The position numbers and the translations under genes are program-made. A model generated the notes under the pieces. The model saw only the letters and a program-made list of their open reading frames with translations. It did no database searches and was not told the origin of the DNA. 64,000 nucleotides of DNA from Octopus sinensis (taxonomy: Eukaryota): NCBI RefSeq assembly GCF_006345805.1, contig NC_042998.1, positions 91,512,001 through 91,576,000 of the forward strand, read 5' to 3'. Positions 1 through 13,745 of this stretch are shown one piece after another (the first letter of the stretch is position 1; each line of letters starts with the position of its first letter).

Positions 1-73
1 TTTTTGTTTGGGGAAAAAAAAGGAAGCTTCTCATTTTTATTTGCATTACTTATTCTTTGCCTATATTTATCAG

Positions 74-91
74 AGGTTACAGGCTGGCCTG
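74..91 (+). CDS. Candidate 18-nt symmetric (phase 1-1) microexon, (E)VTGWP(x), of the host gene
   Basis: T-rich AG-free tract of about 45 nt ending tttatcag at 73, then AGGTTACAGGCTGGCCTG, then donor gtaatt at 92. Length is a multiple of 3 and the phase matches the giant exons. TGC at 58-60. No transcript evidence. Confidence 0.4.
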
Positions 92-2829
92 GTAATTGTG
101 CATATAACCATAGTGGTACTTTTACCTTATTGTTGGACTTATTATTCAAATGCTGATGTAAAGTTTAATATTATATATTACAACTTTGTAGTATTTTAGA
201 TTATGCTTAAATTTAATATTTTTTTAATCAAAATTTCTGTTTATATTTTATTTTAAAATTATTTCTTTCAAGAAACAGTAAATATTTAATGTTACTGTTT
301 TTAAATGTAGCAAATGCTAATTGTAATAATTGTTTTTTTTATTTTTGCTTACATCAGTCAAATGAAATGTTTTTTTAATTAAACTACTGGGGTTATAACT
401 GAGGTAATTAAAAGCAGGTGATCTGATTACAATGACAGTAAAGCATAACATAATGAAATTTTTGATTCTTAGTTTCATTCTGTCTTAATTGGTGCTCTGT
501 ATGTAAGTCAGATTTTGTAAATATAATCAGAAACATGCAGTAGCAATTGTACAGTTCGTTAGCGAAAATTGGAATAAATGAATTGGATTTATAACTTCTG
601 CTTTTTTTCTGTATTGAAGTAATTGAGTGGTGCAGTAACCAATGATTGGAAGGCAAAGGGCATGGTTTTCTTGAAGCAGTAGAATATGCTAGTTTAAAAG
701 CTTTTTTTGTTAATATTTTTTTTCTTGAATGTTGCTTATTAAAATCAAACTGCAATATTAGTTTCCTTAAACTTTTTTGCACTTATTAGTTTTTCTGAAG
801 TAATTATGTTAATTTGTTGAGTTTATCATATATATTTCAGACATTACTTTATTATTCTGTTCTCTATTAAGCAATGAACAGGAAAAAACAAAAGATATTC
901 AAAAACAAATTAATTTTTCTGATTGTTAGTGTTATGTTCAATTCAACAGTATTATAACCATAATATAACCATAGCACTCTAATAATCGATTCAATAACTC
1001 TAATAGCTTATAGAAAATTATCATAATAACGATTATTCTCTTGTGCAAAATATATATATATATATATAAGAAACTTTAATAAAGGAAGGATTGCCTCTTT
1101 AATTTTTAGCTGCCTTTCAAATATAGGGTTAATTTGAATAAACAAGTTAATTTTTTATCAATATTTTTCATAGTTTCAAATATGACCTGGCATGTCATTA
1201 TTGGATTACACTGTCATTCTTTAGTTCACCTGCTTTTTAATTTACTTTGCATGCATGAGCACTTAAAAATGTCTATTGTGTGTTTTCATCTCCCCATAGT
1301 CCTCTTAATCATATTGATTACATATATAATTGCATGTGATTAGTGCATGCATTTTTGTAAACACTAGAATTTAGTCCTGTCCCTGCTTCTATTGTTTTGA
1401 TAATTCCTACTGTTGACTATGCTTTGTGTTTATTATAAGTATCTACTATATAAAGTTATAATCACATTTATTTTTATTTGTGGCTGAAAACAATGTAATA
1501 TTTCTTTCTTCAGCCCAGCTTTCAGTGATTGTCACTTTGCCTTTTGTATTCTTCATATTGTGAATTTGTCTCTGTTAACTATTCAGGATAATATCAATAT
1601 CTTTTTAAAAGAAAACAAGTTTGCTTAAATAGACTTGATTTCTATTGATAGTTTATCAAGAAATGTGACAAATGTGACATGAGCTTACTATAGTTATTTC
1701 ATAAATGAAGGAAAACATAAAATTATTCATAGATTTATAACAAAAGAAAACTATTTCAGTGCTTCCTTTCAAGTAGAAAGAAGTCTATTTGATGTATTTA
1801 TAACCCTACTTCTAAAACCGTTCAGGTAAAAATGTTTTTTACTTCTCTATATATTTAACATATTTTACGGCTATTTCATTACCTTTTTCTTACACTTTCC
1901 TATTTCTTATGAGATGAGTTGTTCTGTATCAGCTGTTGTTTTTGTATATTTGTCAATGTCAGTGTACTTCTAAAGTCATATTGTGTTCTTTCACCTACTA
2001 TCAACACTCTATGCATGTATATGTATAGATTTCTTTTTAGTTTAGCATTACCATAAACTAATAATCATTATCATTCGATTAGTATTTATGTATTTAATAT
2101 CTTACATCATGTTAATTAATAATAGTTTTGCAAATTAACATGGCACACACTAATTTAATATGACATTCACTTCTGTAGATTTTATATTAGCAATGTATAT
2201 CTATCATAGTAGTGCTTTATGTTTGCACAATTGCTGGCTGTTTGCATTGCATTGCACTTGCTTGACAATTCACCTGAGAAAATCGCCTGCTTGCCTTTGT
2301 AGATATGTAGACTTATGGCAATCTTCTATTTAATTACTTAAAGAAATTATTATGATTATTAGTCTCATTGTATCTTCACATATCCTAATTTCTTTCTCTG
2401 TATATTTTAAATATCATTTTTATCCTTAAAAATGGAAATAACATTTAAATATTTGAAGATTAGTTATAGTATATCTCAGGATACTCCTGATACTAAAAAT
2501 TGTTTTTATTTTCCCCCATTTTCTTTTCAAAAACAAACTAGTTTATCCAATCTTCCTTTTCTCTTTCTGCTTATTTTGCCTTCAACTTTATTGTTAAAGA
2601 ATCAATCGACAAAAGAGGCTAATGAAATAAGTATCAGACTTAAATAAAATAAGTATTAAGGTCAATTTGTTCAACTAAACCCTTCAAGGAAGTACTCCAG
2701 CATGACTGAAGTCTTGTGAAACAAGTAAAGTTAAAAGAAATAATTTTCAATGCATTTTTCCTCTGCCACATTAGTCCTATCCCTCTTGGGAACAAATCTT
2801 CAATCTCTTTGTAAATGCCAGATCTTTAA

Positions 2830-3700
2830 TCCCTATTTATATGCCAGAGTTTATCCAAAGATTATTCCTTTTGGAGTTGCTGAGTTGGTATAACATTTGA
2901 TTACCAGCTTTATGGGTAATTTACATGACATCTCAGTGTACAGTACAGATGGTCTGACCACACTATAGTCTTCGTCTCCAACATTTGCAAAGTTATGAGA
3001 TATTAATAAAACTATAAATTTGGAAAATATTTTTAATTATGGGAGTAATTATAGTTTGTCACTTTCTTCCCATAGCAGCCATTAGAAAATCTACCAGCAG
3101 CATTGGATTTATTAAACCATTGCTTTCAATATTGTAGCATTCGGTATTTCTAGACCTTTTGACTGAATGTGTTGGCCAAGACCTTCCTCATATGAGTATT
3201 ATCTAAATTTCAGTAGCTGGATTGGATGTGAAGCATTCTCATTGCTTCTGATATTATGAGAGTGCTTTGTTTCCTCTCCTCATTGCACCAGACTATCATT
3301 TCCATTATTGTTAGTTTTTCCAGGTGATCAGAACTCCTTGCATAACTTTGCAAATCACATCCACAGCACTTTCCTTATTCTATCTGTTGCATTCCTTCCC
3401 ACTACTGATATCTGCAAATATCCCATTTGTCTATTAATGAGATCCTTTTTATCCTCCAAATGAGACCTGACTACTTTGTAACATTTCACCAAAGCAAAAT
3501 TAGTTAGTGGTTGCAAGCTCAAGTAATTGTTCCAACTTTGAGATCTCATAATTTAAAGTATCTCAATCAAAATGCTTATCCAGAATAATATCTTGCATTA
3601 AAGATTTTTCCATCGTATAAAGGAAACTCGAATTTTTGCAGTGGATGGGTTGATAAATTTTATAATCTTGAACAAATTTTTATTCTGTGCAGAAAAGAAA
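2830..3700 (-). mobile_element. Highly degenerate non-LTR retrotransposon (RTE-like) remnant
   Basis: Reverse complement of 2921-2970 reads YSVVRPSVLY, resembling the RTE ORF motif Y..VVRP.LLYG. Many stops; boundaries approximate. Confidence 0.3.
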
Positions 3701-4810
3701 ACCCTCTTTGATCCATTAGCCCTCATTGTTAAGATCCATCACATAAACCTTTTCACAATCCAATGAAATAGGGACCAAATCTTGTTTCAGTCATACTTGA
3801 CTGTCTTAGAAAAAGAAGGCATTAAATAATATATTCTATATATACTGTGTGGAATGAGTGGAATGTCCTTCATTATAAGTCTGCTCAATCAGGACTGAGA
3901 AGGAGTTAAACCTTATAAAACTTCAGTTCATGGCACAACATTTTGTAACATCTCCCCTACTCTGCTAATTTTAGTGATACTAAATTGTTTATTTTATCTA
4001 CAATATATTGAAATTTCAGTAATTTATCTACAATATCTTGACATTCCAGTATTGTTATATGGGCTTGTTATATGAAAACAATTGAAGATTTTAGTTTTAA
4101 AACCAACAAAAGATGAAAGGAAACAAAACACTGCAAAAAAAAACGATCAATATTAATACTTCCTATTTTAAACATAAGTCTATAATATAGAATTTACATT
4201 AACTCATCTCAAATATAGTTGACTGCCATTTATTAACATTAATGTTGTAGATATTGCTATGCCATTTTAATTATTTTTTTTCTTTCTCAATATTGCCTTC
4301 ATAAAATGTGAAATGGTCTGATTTGAAAAGAAAAAAAAAAGGAAAAAAAAAAGAATGACAAGAATTGTAGTTAGAGAAGCTGCACTTCTTTAAAGAATGA
4401 AATGGAAAACCAAAACAGTTTTGTAATGAATAATTGTTGTCATCTATAGATTCTCCAGATATTTTAAACTTACTTAAAGGAATGTTTGAATATATCAAAT
4501 TCTTTTACATAACAGGTCATTCCATTATGTGTGTGATTGTATGCGTGTGTATATATATATGTGTATCTGTTTATATATCTATAAGTATGTATTTATGTAT
4601 GTGTATACATGCATAAATGTGAATTATGTATGTGAATATGTGTGTGTATGTGTGTATGTGTATGTATTTATAAATATGTATGTACAGATAGTTCAAAAAA
4701 TTATGCTACCACGTCATACTGCATTGCAAGTTTTACAACTTGTATTCAAGAAGAAAACATATGTTTGTATTGTATGTGTTTGTGTAAAAACCAGCCTACC
4801 CCACTATGAG

Positions 4811-4846
<36 letters not shown>

Positions 4847-5318
4847 ATATACACACATACACACTCACATGTATGCATACACACTTACATGTATGCGAAC
4901 ACATACGTATACACATGCAGGGACAGTGTCATGAATTTTCACTGGAAATATCATACGAGATGAATTCTTCATTCATTGAAATTTTCTTCTTCTTAAGGGA
5001 AGCTAATCATGTACCTCATGGCATATGCTACCAAATATGAATGATAAGGGGAGATAATATCAAGAATCCACTGCACTTGACATGCCATAAAGGAAAGGAG
5101 TGTTTGATTACTTTTCTTCAGACAAGCGGATGACTGTGGACACATGTTATCAAAAGCAGCAACATACGACCATATTTGTTCACTTGTCTCTAGAATAAAT
5201 ACTATTTTTTCTTGAATGTCATATCATTTCTGGAGATTTTTTAATTATTTCCCCTTCTCAATCAAAATTGTTTCATTTGTCACCAGGTGTTAAACTTGCC
5301 TTGTTTTTATAGAAGGTG

Positions 5319-5359
<41 letters not shown>

Positions 5360-5398
5360 TTATATCTCTTATTAGAACAAGATTATTATTTCTCAGAT

Positions 5399-5431
<33 letters not shown>

Positions 5432-5773
5432 TATTGTGTCTGTGAATGACTTGAATTGTCTTCCTTTCTACCATTGTTTCTAAGTTAGACAAAACTCATC
5501 ATCTTTAGAGCAAAAGAGATAAATAACTAACGTGTAAATTCATCCACTTGTTTTGAGGATATGAAATGAACAGTGTATGACAAATAGAAGAAGAAAAAGT
5601 AGAAGAGTAGGGTAGAAGAAGAAGAACCAGGAAGATGGAAGAGGAAGAGGGTGAGAATAGCATCATTAGTTGCAAGTTTGTTGAACAAGTAGCTATACAT
5701 GGTAACTTAATCTGCTGAAGAGAGCAGCCAGAAGCCTCACAGATCAATCATACAGTCTTATAGGTTATATTAC

Positions 5774-5807
<34 letters not shown>

Positions 5808-5814
<7 letters not shown>

Positions 5815-6565
5815 CACACACACACAAATGCTGGGAATTTCAAAACATGAACGTCTTTCATCTTTCTCACGGTTTTGCTTGAATATGACTGATCAGGATA
5901 TACGCAGCAACAACAAAGCTTGCTTCAAGCCAACGAGAAAAACTTATATGTGGGTGCACAGCCTGTTAGGTATAATAGCCAAGTTTTCTTTAGATTATAA
6001 CACCGTCTTTAACTGGAAAAAGAAAATGTAATCTCATACATGCCAGCAGACAAGATTATATACATACATACCTACATACATACATATATGTACATATGTT
6101 AAACAATAATAATGAAGATGATGATAATGATGATGAGGAGGAGGATGATATATATAGCATCAATCAGTTTTCTAAATTGTGGAAAGTCCCTTGCAAGAAG
6201 ATGCAAAACAACTTCTGAATGACTTAATATATTAGCTGATGGAACACTACCCAGGGGTGGGGAGTATTTTTACTAGTTTCTGTCATGTTTTCTGTGAGAG
6301 TGTGGAAGATTACTTTATTTTGCTCCAATAAAAGAAATATATGTGATGACCTGTTTATTTGATATTATTTAGGTTATAGACAGCTATGCTATTTTTACTT
6401 TTTAAAAATGGTTATTCTTTACACAACTGTTTTAGGTTCAATTGAATGAATGATATTTTCTTTCTCAACATGAAAAATACAAAAAAAAAAAATGCGGAAT
6501 GGAAAATGACATGTTTTTAGATGTGAATGCTTAGTTATATATATATATATATATGTATACATATA

Positions 6566-6606
<41 letters not shown>

Positions 6607-7370
6607 CACACACACACAAATGCTGGGAATTTCAAAACATGAACGTCTTTCATCTTTCTCACGGTTTTGCTTGAATATGACTGATCAGGATATACGCAGC
6701 AACAACAAAGCTTGCTTCAAGCCAACGAGAAAAACTTATATGTGGGTGCACAGCCTGTTAGGTATAATAGCCAAGTTTTCTTTAGATTATAACACCGTCT
6801 TTAACTGGAAAAAGAAAATGTAATCTCATACATGCCAGCAGACAAGATTATATACATACATACCTACATACATACATATATGTACATATGTTAAACAATA
6901 ATAATGAAGATGATGATAATGATGATGAGGAGGAGGATGATATATATAGCATCAATCAGTTTTCTAAATTGTGGAAAGTCCCTTGCAAGAAGATGCAAAA
7001 CAACTTCTGAATGACTTAATATATTAGCTGATGGAACACTACCCAGGGGTGGGGAGTATTTTTACTAGTTTCTGTCATGTTTTCTGTGAGAGTGTGGAAG
7101 ATTACTTTATTTTGCTCCAATAAAAGAAATATATGTGATGACCTGTTTATTTGATATTATTTAGGTTATAGACAGCTATGCTATTTTTACTTTTTAAAAA
7201 TGGTTATTCTTTACACAACTGTTTTAGGTTTCAATTGAATGAATGATATTTTCTTTCTCAACATGAAAAATACAAAAAAAAAAAAATGCGGAATGGAAAA
7301 TGACATGTTTTTAGATGTGAATGCTTAGTTATATATATATATATATATGTATACATATATATATATATAT
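5808..7370. repeat. Near-perfect direct tandem duplication of about 790 bp bounded by (TA)n tracts
   Basis: aaatgctggg at 5826 and 6618 (offset 792); atgtgaatgc at 6521 and 7315 (offset 794). By eye the copies differ only in homopolymer and microsatellite lengths. Confidence 0.92.
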
Positions 7371-7724
7371 ATATTGATTACAGTTCTTTAAAATCACCAC
7401 ATTTAATTTATTTCTGATTGAACAATCTATCAATTTTAATGATTCAATTAAAATAATCTCTACACTTTGATTTATGATACAAAAGAATTATGAAATATAA
7501 AAAAGAAAGAATATAATCTGAGGCTATTTCTTTTTGATATTTAGATGCATTAAATTTACAGAAATTTATTTCATATTAAAATGAAAGATAAAATCTTTTG
7601 AGCTGCCTTAGTTTTAACACAAACAAGCATAGTATGGACCCTTAACTGCATATGTTATCTACACTACAAGAATATTATGTGGAGTTTTAGCAATGTCTCC
7701 TTTTATTGACATTGTATGATAGTT

Positions 7725-7930
7725 GTGTCACTGTGACACAAGTAATGTCCTTCATTTGCAATCTTCCATGAAGATATGTTTGACCTTAGAGAAATATTAC
7801 CTTGCTTGAGAAAAGGTTAAAGGTTAACAGCAGGAAGGGCATCTGGCTGTAGAAAATCTTCCACAGCAAATACCATCTGACCCATGCAAGAATGGAAAAA
7901 TGGACATCAAAACAATGATGATGATGATGT
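7725..7930 (+). mobile_element. SINE 3' half with RTE-type tail ending (GAT)n
   Basis: caggaagggcatctggctgtagaaaatc...cccatgcaagaatggaaaaatggacatcaaaacaatgatgatgatgatg; related tails at 15414-15463, 20760-20870 and (reverse) 23033 and 26151. Confidence 0.6.
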
Positions 7931-8186
7931 AAAATTTTTCATATGAAATATTTTTCTATCACTATTGCTCTCCTTTCTGCAACAGCCATTCTGTAGAATC
8001 TTTCATATTTACTTTACCTGGATATGATAATACTTGTAAAGTATTGCACTTTTTCCAAACATGCAATGAAATATTCTTCTACATTATTTACATTCGACAG
8101 ATATTGGCCTCATCTTGTTTATTGTTAATACAACGTTTTGGATGATATATCCTCCAGCCTTCTTAACCATTATGCCATATGCCCAC

Positions 8187-8460
8187 GGGCATATGGTGTA
8201 GTGGTTAAGAGCATGGGCTAGTAACCCCAAGATTCCGAGTTCGATTCCAAGCAGTGACTTGAACAATAATAATAATTATAATACTAATAATAATAACATT
8301 GAAAAATACCTTAGGAATGAGAACCCAGGTTCGAAATTTCCCCAAGACACCTGAAGGAGGCTGGAGGGTATATCAGCTAAAACGTTGTGTTAACAACAAA
8401 CAAGATATCCGTTGAATGTAAATAATGTACATAATTCCTCATCTCGTAAATATAGAACTG
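8187..8460 (+). mobile_element. tRNA-headed SINE-like element with a Penelope-like, hammerhead-bearing 3' part
   Basis: A box (tggtgtagtgg) and B box (gagttcgattcc), an (AAT)n linker, then a tail also found in reverse at 12248-12331 and 20969-21093. Confidence 0.75.
8346..8391 (+). ncRNA. Degenerate minimal type I hammerhead ribozyme motif
   Basis: Stem I gacac/gtgtt; core CTGAAGG+A; stem II ggctg/cagct with 10-nt loop; AAAAC-GTT palindromic stem III. A9 is G and G12 is A in this copy, so it is probably inactive. Confidence 0.5.
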
Positions 8461-10380
8461 AAATATTCTTCTGTTTGTAAGTATTATTTGTAATTGTTTT
8501 TGGATATATAGAAAAATATTCATCTCTAAATGTGTGGATAACATTTCTCATATACATTATTTATTTATGTGCTACTTCTTGAGCTGTTTGGAAGTTTAAG
8601 TATCATTTAAAAGAATAAGTAGCTTTCCTTTGGAAGAAAATAATTTTATCTTTACTGATCCAGAATTTTAATTGATTAAGCTTAAATATTCATCTTTTTT
8701 AAACATTCTGTTGAAATCAATATGTTCCTATCATTCTTGTATTGAAAATACTTCACTCTTTATGAAATGTAAATGTTTCATCATTATGTAAGTATACTTC
8801 TAAGCATCTGTATACTTTAAATATATATACATCTAATTTACATTTTCTCTTAAAACATGCATAAAGCATGGAGTTAAACTAGTTACTGGATAAAATAGCA
8901 AAAATAATCAATGACTAAAAAAATTTATATCATGATTATAAGATAAGTTAAAAGAACATTAGTTATTTATTAAGTATATCAGCCAAATATTCTTTCATTT
9001 TTTGATAAACTAAGGTTATAAATATTGACTAAATTCCCTATCTAAATAATTGTACATTTTATTTGAAAACTATTACAATCAAATGCTGTTTATAAGCATA
9101 GTGTAAAGTACTGTACAATGTGGTGGTTTTAAGAATTGTTTTTGTAACTGGAGAAAAACTCTATGGATGAAATTGCTGAAATATAGCTAAAAAACAACAT
9201 AAGGTAGGTAAACTGCATATGGTATGATTTACAGAATGTAAGTAAATCAAACACAGTTTTTATCAATGTAATAAACAAATTAACACATTTCTTCCTCATT
9301 TTCCTCTACGATTTCAAAACATAAAACAAAATATACTAAATCTTTACCTTGCTAGTATTTTACTAAAATTACTCACAGTTCATTTAATTCATATGACTCA
9401 ACTCACAATATTTCAGTGCTAAATCAATTTCATTTAAGAATTACAAAATTGCAGCAGATCACGACAGCTAGAGTTTGCTGATATTGTGTAATTGTTTTAA
9501 AATATCATTCTCATTTATATTTATCCTCATTTATCATTGATTTCATTACTATCCATCATAATCACCCCTTTCATTATGTTTTAATCATGGACAAATAGTA
9601 CTGGTGAAAGAATACAAACCACTAACTTCTCAGCTGGTTGTTCAGTACACCATCTCATTCCTCATGCAGAAGATCCTATATATATATACACATATACACA
9701 TGCTCTTAAACACACACAAAACTTATAAGTCTGTTGATTTACCAGAAGTGATAAATAACAGGACTCAATACTTATGCAGAGTATTCTTTAATACCTTTTA
9801 ATTGAAAGTACCCAGAGTAGCTTGTTTCCAATCATCAGCTGGTAAACCAAGCCTGCTTTTATTTTAAAATAGCCACTCTGAATATTGTTTGAAATATGAA
9901 ATGAAAGTTTAAAGAAAATGCTTATCCTTATGTTCTTTTGTTTAAAAAACTTTGTGAATGACATGTGCAAAAATGGCAGCTTATGCTTTTGATTTCAATT
10001 CTAATTCTCATGGTTTGCCATGATGGTGAAATATGCAATGAAACTAATAATGTAAATTTGTGTTTATGAGCGTCTGTCTTAATTTATTCTATTTTTGTTC
10101 TGTATTCCATAATTAATAATGCTACTAAATGTAGCAGTTACTTAAACACTATATTGGAAGCAGACTAGAATATAGTAATCTATATGGTACTCTAAAAAAT
10201 AGCTGTGGCAGTTGTACATCTGTTTGTATACATAAAATGTATGTACATATATATCGACGATGATGATGATATATATATTTGTCAAATTGATGTAGAAGCC
10301 TCTGATTTGACTCCAATCAGATTTCAAAGATTGATTAAGGTTGTTCATAATTTTTTCAATTGCCAGAGAAACAGCTCTGT

Positions 10381-10718
10381 TTATATATGTACTATATAGT
10401 ATATATGTACTATATAGGTTTATATATGTACTCTATAGGTTTATATATGTACTATGTAGTATATATATACTATATAGGTTTATATATGTACTAAATAGTA
10501 TATATGTATTGTATAGTATATATGTACTATACAATATATATGTACTATATAATATATATGTACTATATAGGTTTATATATGTACTATATAGTATATATGT
10601 ATTGTATAGTATATATGTATTGTATAGTATATATGTACTATACAATATATATGTACTATATAACATATATGTACTATATAGGTTTATATATGTACTACAT
10701 AGTATATATGTACTATAT
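10381..10718. repeat. Minisatellite with 18/21-bp unit (tatatatgtactatatag[gtt])
   Basis: Direct inspection of tandem units; produces the YVLYSI/YVLYRFI pseudo-ORFs. Confidence 0.9.
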
Positions 10719-10959
10719 TTCTAATGATTCAAGGAGTCTTTTTGTGAGGTACATACTCCTAGGCTAGGAACTTGTGAAAGTGTTTTATACCACCACTGTG
10801 TGTGTGTGTGCATGTGTGTAAAGAGGATGACTGCAGTGATTAGTAACTAATAGTCTATGTTTTACTTTATTTCTTCACCAAAACATTCAATACAAAACAA
10901 AAACAATGATGAAGTCTATTATAGTTACAAAGAATTTATCTACTGTTTATCTACTCTTC

Positions 10960-11500
10960 ACCACCTAAGCTGGCAAACTTCCACCTATCTTTTACCCAGC
11001 CCACTACAATCTATAAACATGCGAATCAAATTCATTTTCTGGAAACAAATATATGTTTTTAATCCATCTCTTTGCTGTCCAGGCTACACCTTATATTTAA
11101 ATTTTCCTCTGAAAGGTTATGCCCATTCTTACATAAAATCCACTTTCACATCACAAATCTTCACTAGTTGATTATTAAGAACAAAGACTTCTGATCACTC
11201 TTGCTCAAAGTTTCTGTTCCTTGTTGCTCTAAATCACTCTTTTATATCTATTGCTCTCTGATTTCTTTTATTATTGTCATCTGTCCCAATTCACTTCCTT
11301 CTATTGTTATCCTCTATGCACATAAATTTCAAGCTAACACAGCTCTGTCCAGATCATATTCTATTAATTTTAACAATGGTGTTCTCTAAGGTTTGGTTAT
11401 GATTCCTTCCCACACTCTTCCTTCTGTGCATTAATGACTTGTTGTTATTTATAACGAATCACAGTTTTATGCTGGTGATACTACATTTCACTTTTCCTAA
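10960..11500 (+). mobile_element. Degenerate, internally deleted CR1/L2-group LINE fragment (endonuclease-like and RT motifs)
   Basis: 11374-11490 translates, with a stop and a frameshift, as NNGVL*GLV..SPTLFLLCINDL...FYAGDTT, matching RT GVPQGSVL.P.LF...INDL and YADD. Upstream PGYTLY...KG resembles the APE region. Confidence 0.55.
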
Positions 11501-11748
11501 ACATTTCATCCATAATTAATCTAGAAAGCTCATCCAAAACATTCATTGCTTCCATCAACAATGATTTCAAAAATAGGATTCTTTTAACAACCTGTGTCAC
11601 TATACACATCAAAGATTAAAATTTGTAACACACAATCTTTATATATATAAACAATACAGCTAAATCAACTAAATCATTAAAAATTCTAGGTTTTACATTC
11701 TCTAATATCATGATTTATAATGAATTAACATACCTAATTTCATACATT

Positions 11749-11794
<46 letters not shown>

Positions 11795-12247
11795 ACATAT
11801 ATATGTACACATATATATGCATATATATATATATACACATATATATATATACATATATATATAAACATACATATATAGATATATATGTATATACACACAC
11901 ACACACACACACATGTATATATATATATATATATATAATATATATATATATATGAAAGTGCAGTAGGCCAGTTTATGGGTTTACCCTGGGTTTCTCACAC
12001 ATAAGGCCCCAAAACCTGCTGACCTGTGACCTCTTCAAAATATATATATATATCTTTAAAAAGAATAGTATTGACAGCAACTTTGAAGTTTTGTCCATCC
12101 AGGCAATCTATCATCAGACTGGCTGATGATGGCTTAGTTGGCCAAATTTTCAAAGTCACAGTCAGTAATATTCTTGTTATAGAACAATAAATTGGTACTC
12201 TACCAAACATATTAGTAATGCGTTAGTTTATTGTAAAATTACTTTTA

Positions 12248-12331
12248 CAGTTCTATATTTAAGAGATGAGGAATTATGTACATTATTTACGTTTGATGGA
12301 TATTTGTCCTCATGTTGTTTGCTGTTAACAC
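12248..12331 (-). mobile_element. Penelope-like tail fragment, same family as 8387-8460
   Basis: Reverse complement gtgttaacagcaaacaacatgaggacaaatatcc...cttaaatatagaactg matches the 8387-8460 tail. Confidence 0.75.
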
Positions 12332-12393
12332 TTTTACTGTAACATAAAACAAATGTGAATATAAATATATATATATATATACACACATATATA

Positions 12394-12455
<62 letters not shown>

Positions 12456-12530
12456 TATATATGTATATATATATATATGTATATATACATATATGTATAT
12501 ATATATGTATATATACATATATATATACAC

Positions 12531-12593
<63 letters not shown>

Positions 12594-12930
12594 CACACCT
12601 GTGTATGTATGAATCTATATATATATATAGATAGATATATAAAAATATAATATGTATATATACACATAGATAGACTGATAAACAGACTAATAGATATATT
12701 TATTATATTAAAGTTGACAGTTTCATGTGCAGCCTGCCCTGGTGCAAAGTTTTAAAGTTGGCTCAACTTTTGATATAACAAACATATCTATCCATTCTTC
12801 CTATGTTTTTGAGTTCCAAGTGAGATAAAGTTTGAACTATGTAAAGTAGATTTTAATATAATTTCCAACTCTTACATTTTGTTTGTGTATCCATGTTTCT
12901 GTGCATAAGTTCACTTATGCATATATATTA

Positions 12931-12993
<63 letters not shown>

Positions 12994-13122
12994 GTGTATA
13001 TGTGTGTGTATATATATGTGTATGTGTATATATATATATATGTGTATATGTATATATATATATTGTATATGTGTATATGTATATATAATATATATATATA
13101 TGTATATGTGTGTATATATATA

Positions 13123-13154
<32 letters not shown>

Positions 13155-13180
13155 ATATATATATGTATAGTGTATATATA

Positions 13181-13218
<38 letters not shown>

Positions 13219-13221
<3 letters not shown>

Positions 13222-13422
13222 TTTGATACTTTGATAGGTTTCGGCCATTATTGGCCCAGGCCATGTCTAACTTAATAGCACCACCTGGTGAAGTCTTTCA
13301 AGTCAGAATTTGGGCACTATGGCCCACTCAAGTAGAGAGTTATTGTTTACAGAGACATATCCGGGTGTAGGGGGTTTATCCGGGATTTCTTGAAGGAATC
13401 TGTCCAAAGACTTCTTGAACCC
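13219..13422 (-). mobile_element. 5'-truncated CR1-group LINE 3' end (ORF2 C-terminus, 3' UTR, 8-bp tail)
   Basis: Minus strand 13422-13303 reads [39 protein letters not shown], the FK..LD.FL..IPD.P..GY...NSL C-terminal signature. Followed by a GGCC-AATAAT-GGCC hairpin and (ATCAAAGT)n. Confidence 0.75.
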
Positions 13423-13580
13423 TATATATATATATGTGTATATATATATATATGTATATGTGTATATATATATGTATATGTGTATATATATATGTATATG
13501 TGTACATATATATATATATATATGTATATGTGTATATATATATATGTATATGTGTATATATGTATATGTATATATATATG

Positions 13581-13628
<48 letters not shown>

Positions 13629-13745
13629 GTTATATATATGTGTATGTGTATATATATATATGTATATGTGTATATATATATATGTATATGTGTATATATA
13701 TATATATGTGTATGTGTATATATATATATATGTGTATATATATAT

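Noticed and set aside
4450-4515. 66-nt phase-1 exon DSPDILNLLKGMFEYIKFFYIT
   Set aside because: Poor donor (gtcatt), weak pyrimidine tract and composition unlike the host gene.
5828-6823. Duplicated small gene MLGISKHERL... (67 aa)
   Set aside because: Identity simply reflects the tandem duplication; no recognisable domain, promoter or splice context.
8187-8260. tRNA gene (also heads at 16157, 30303, 45597)
   Set aside because: A/B boxes are present but run straight into SINE bodies; no convincing cloverleaf.
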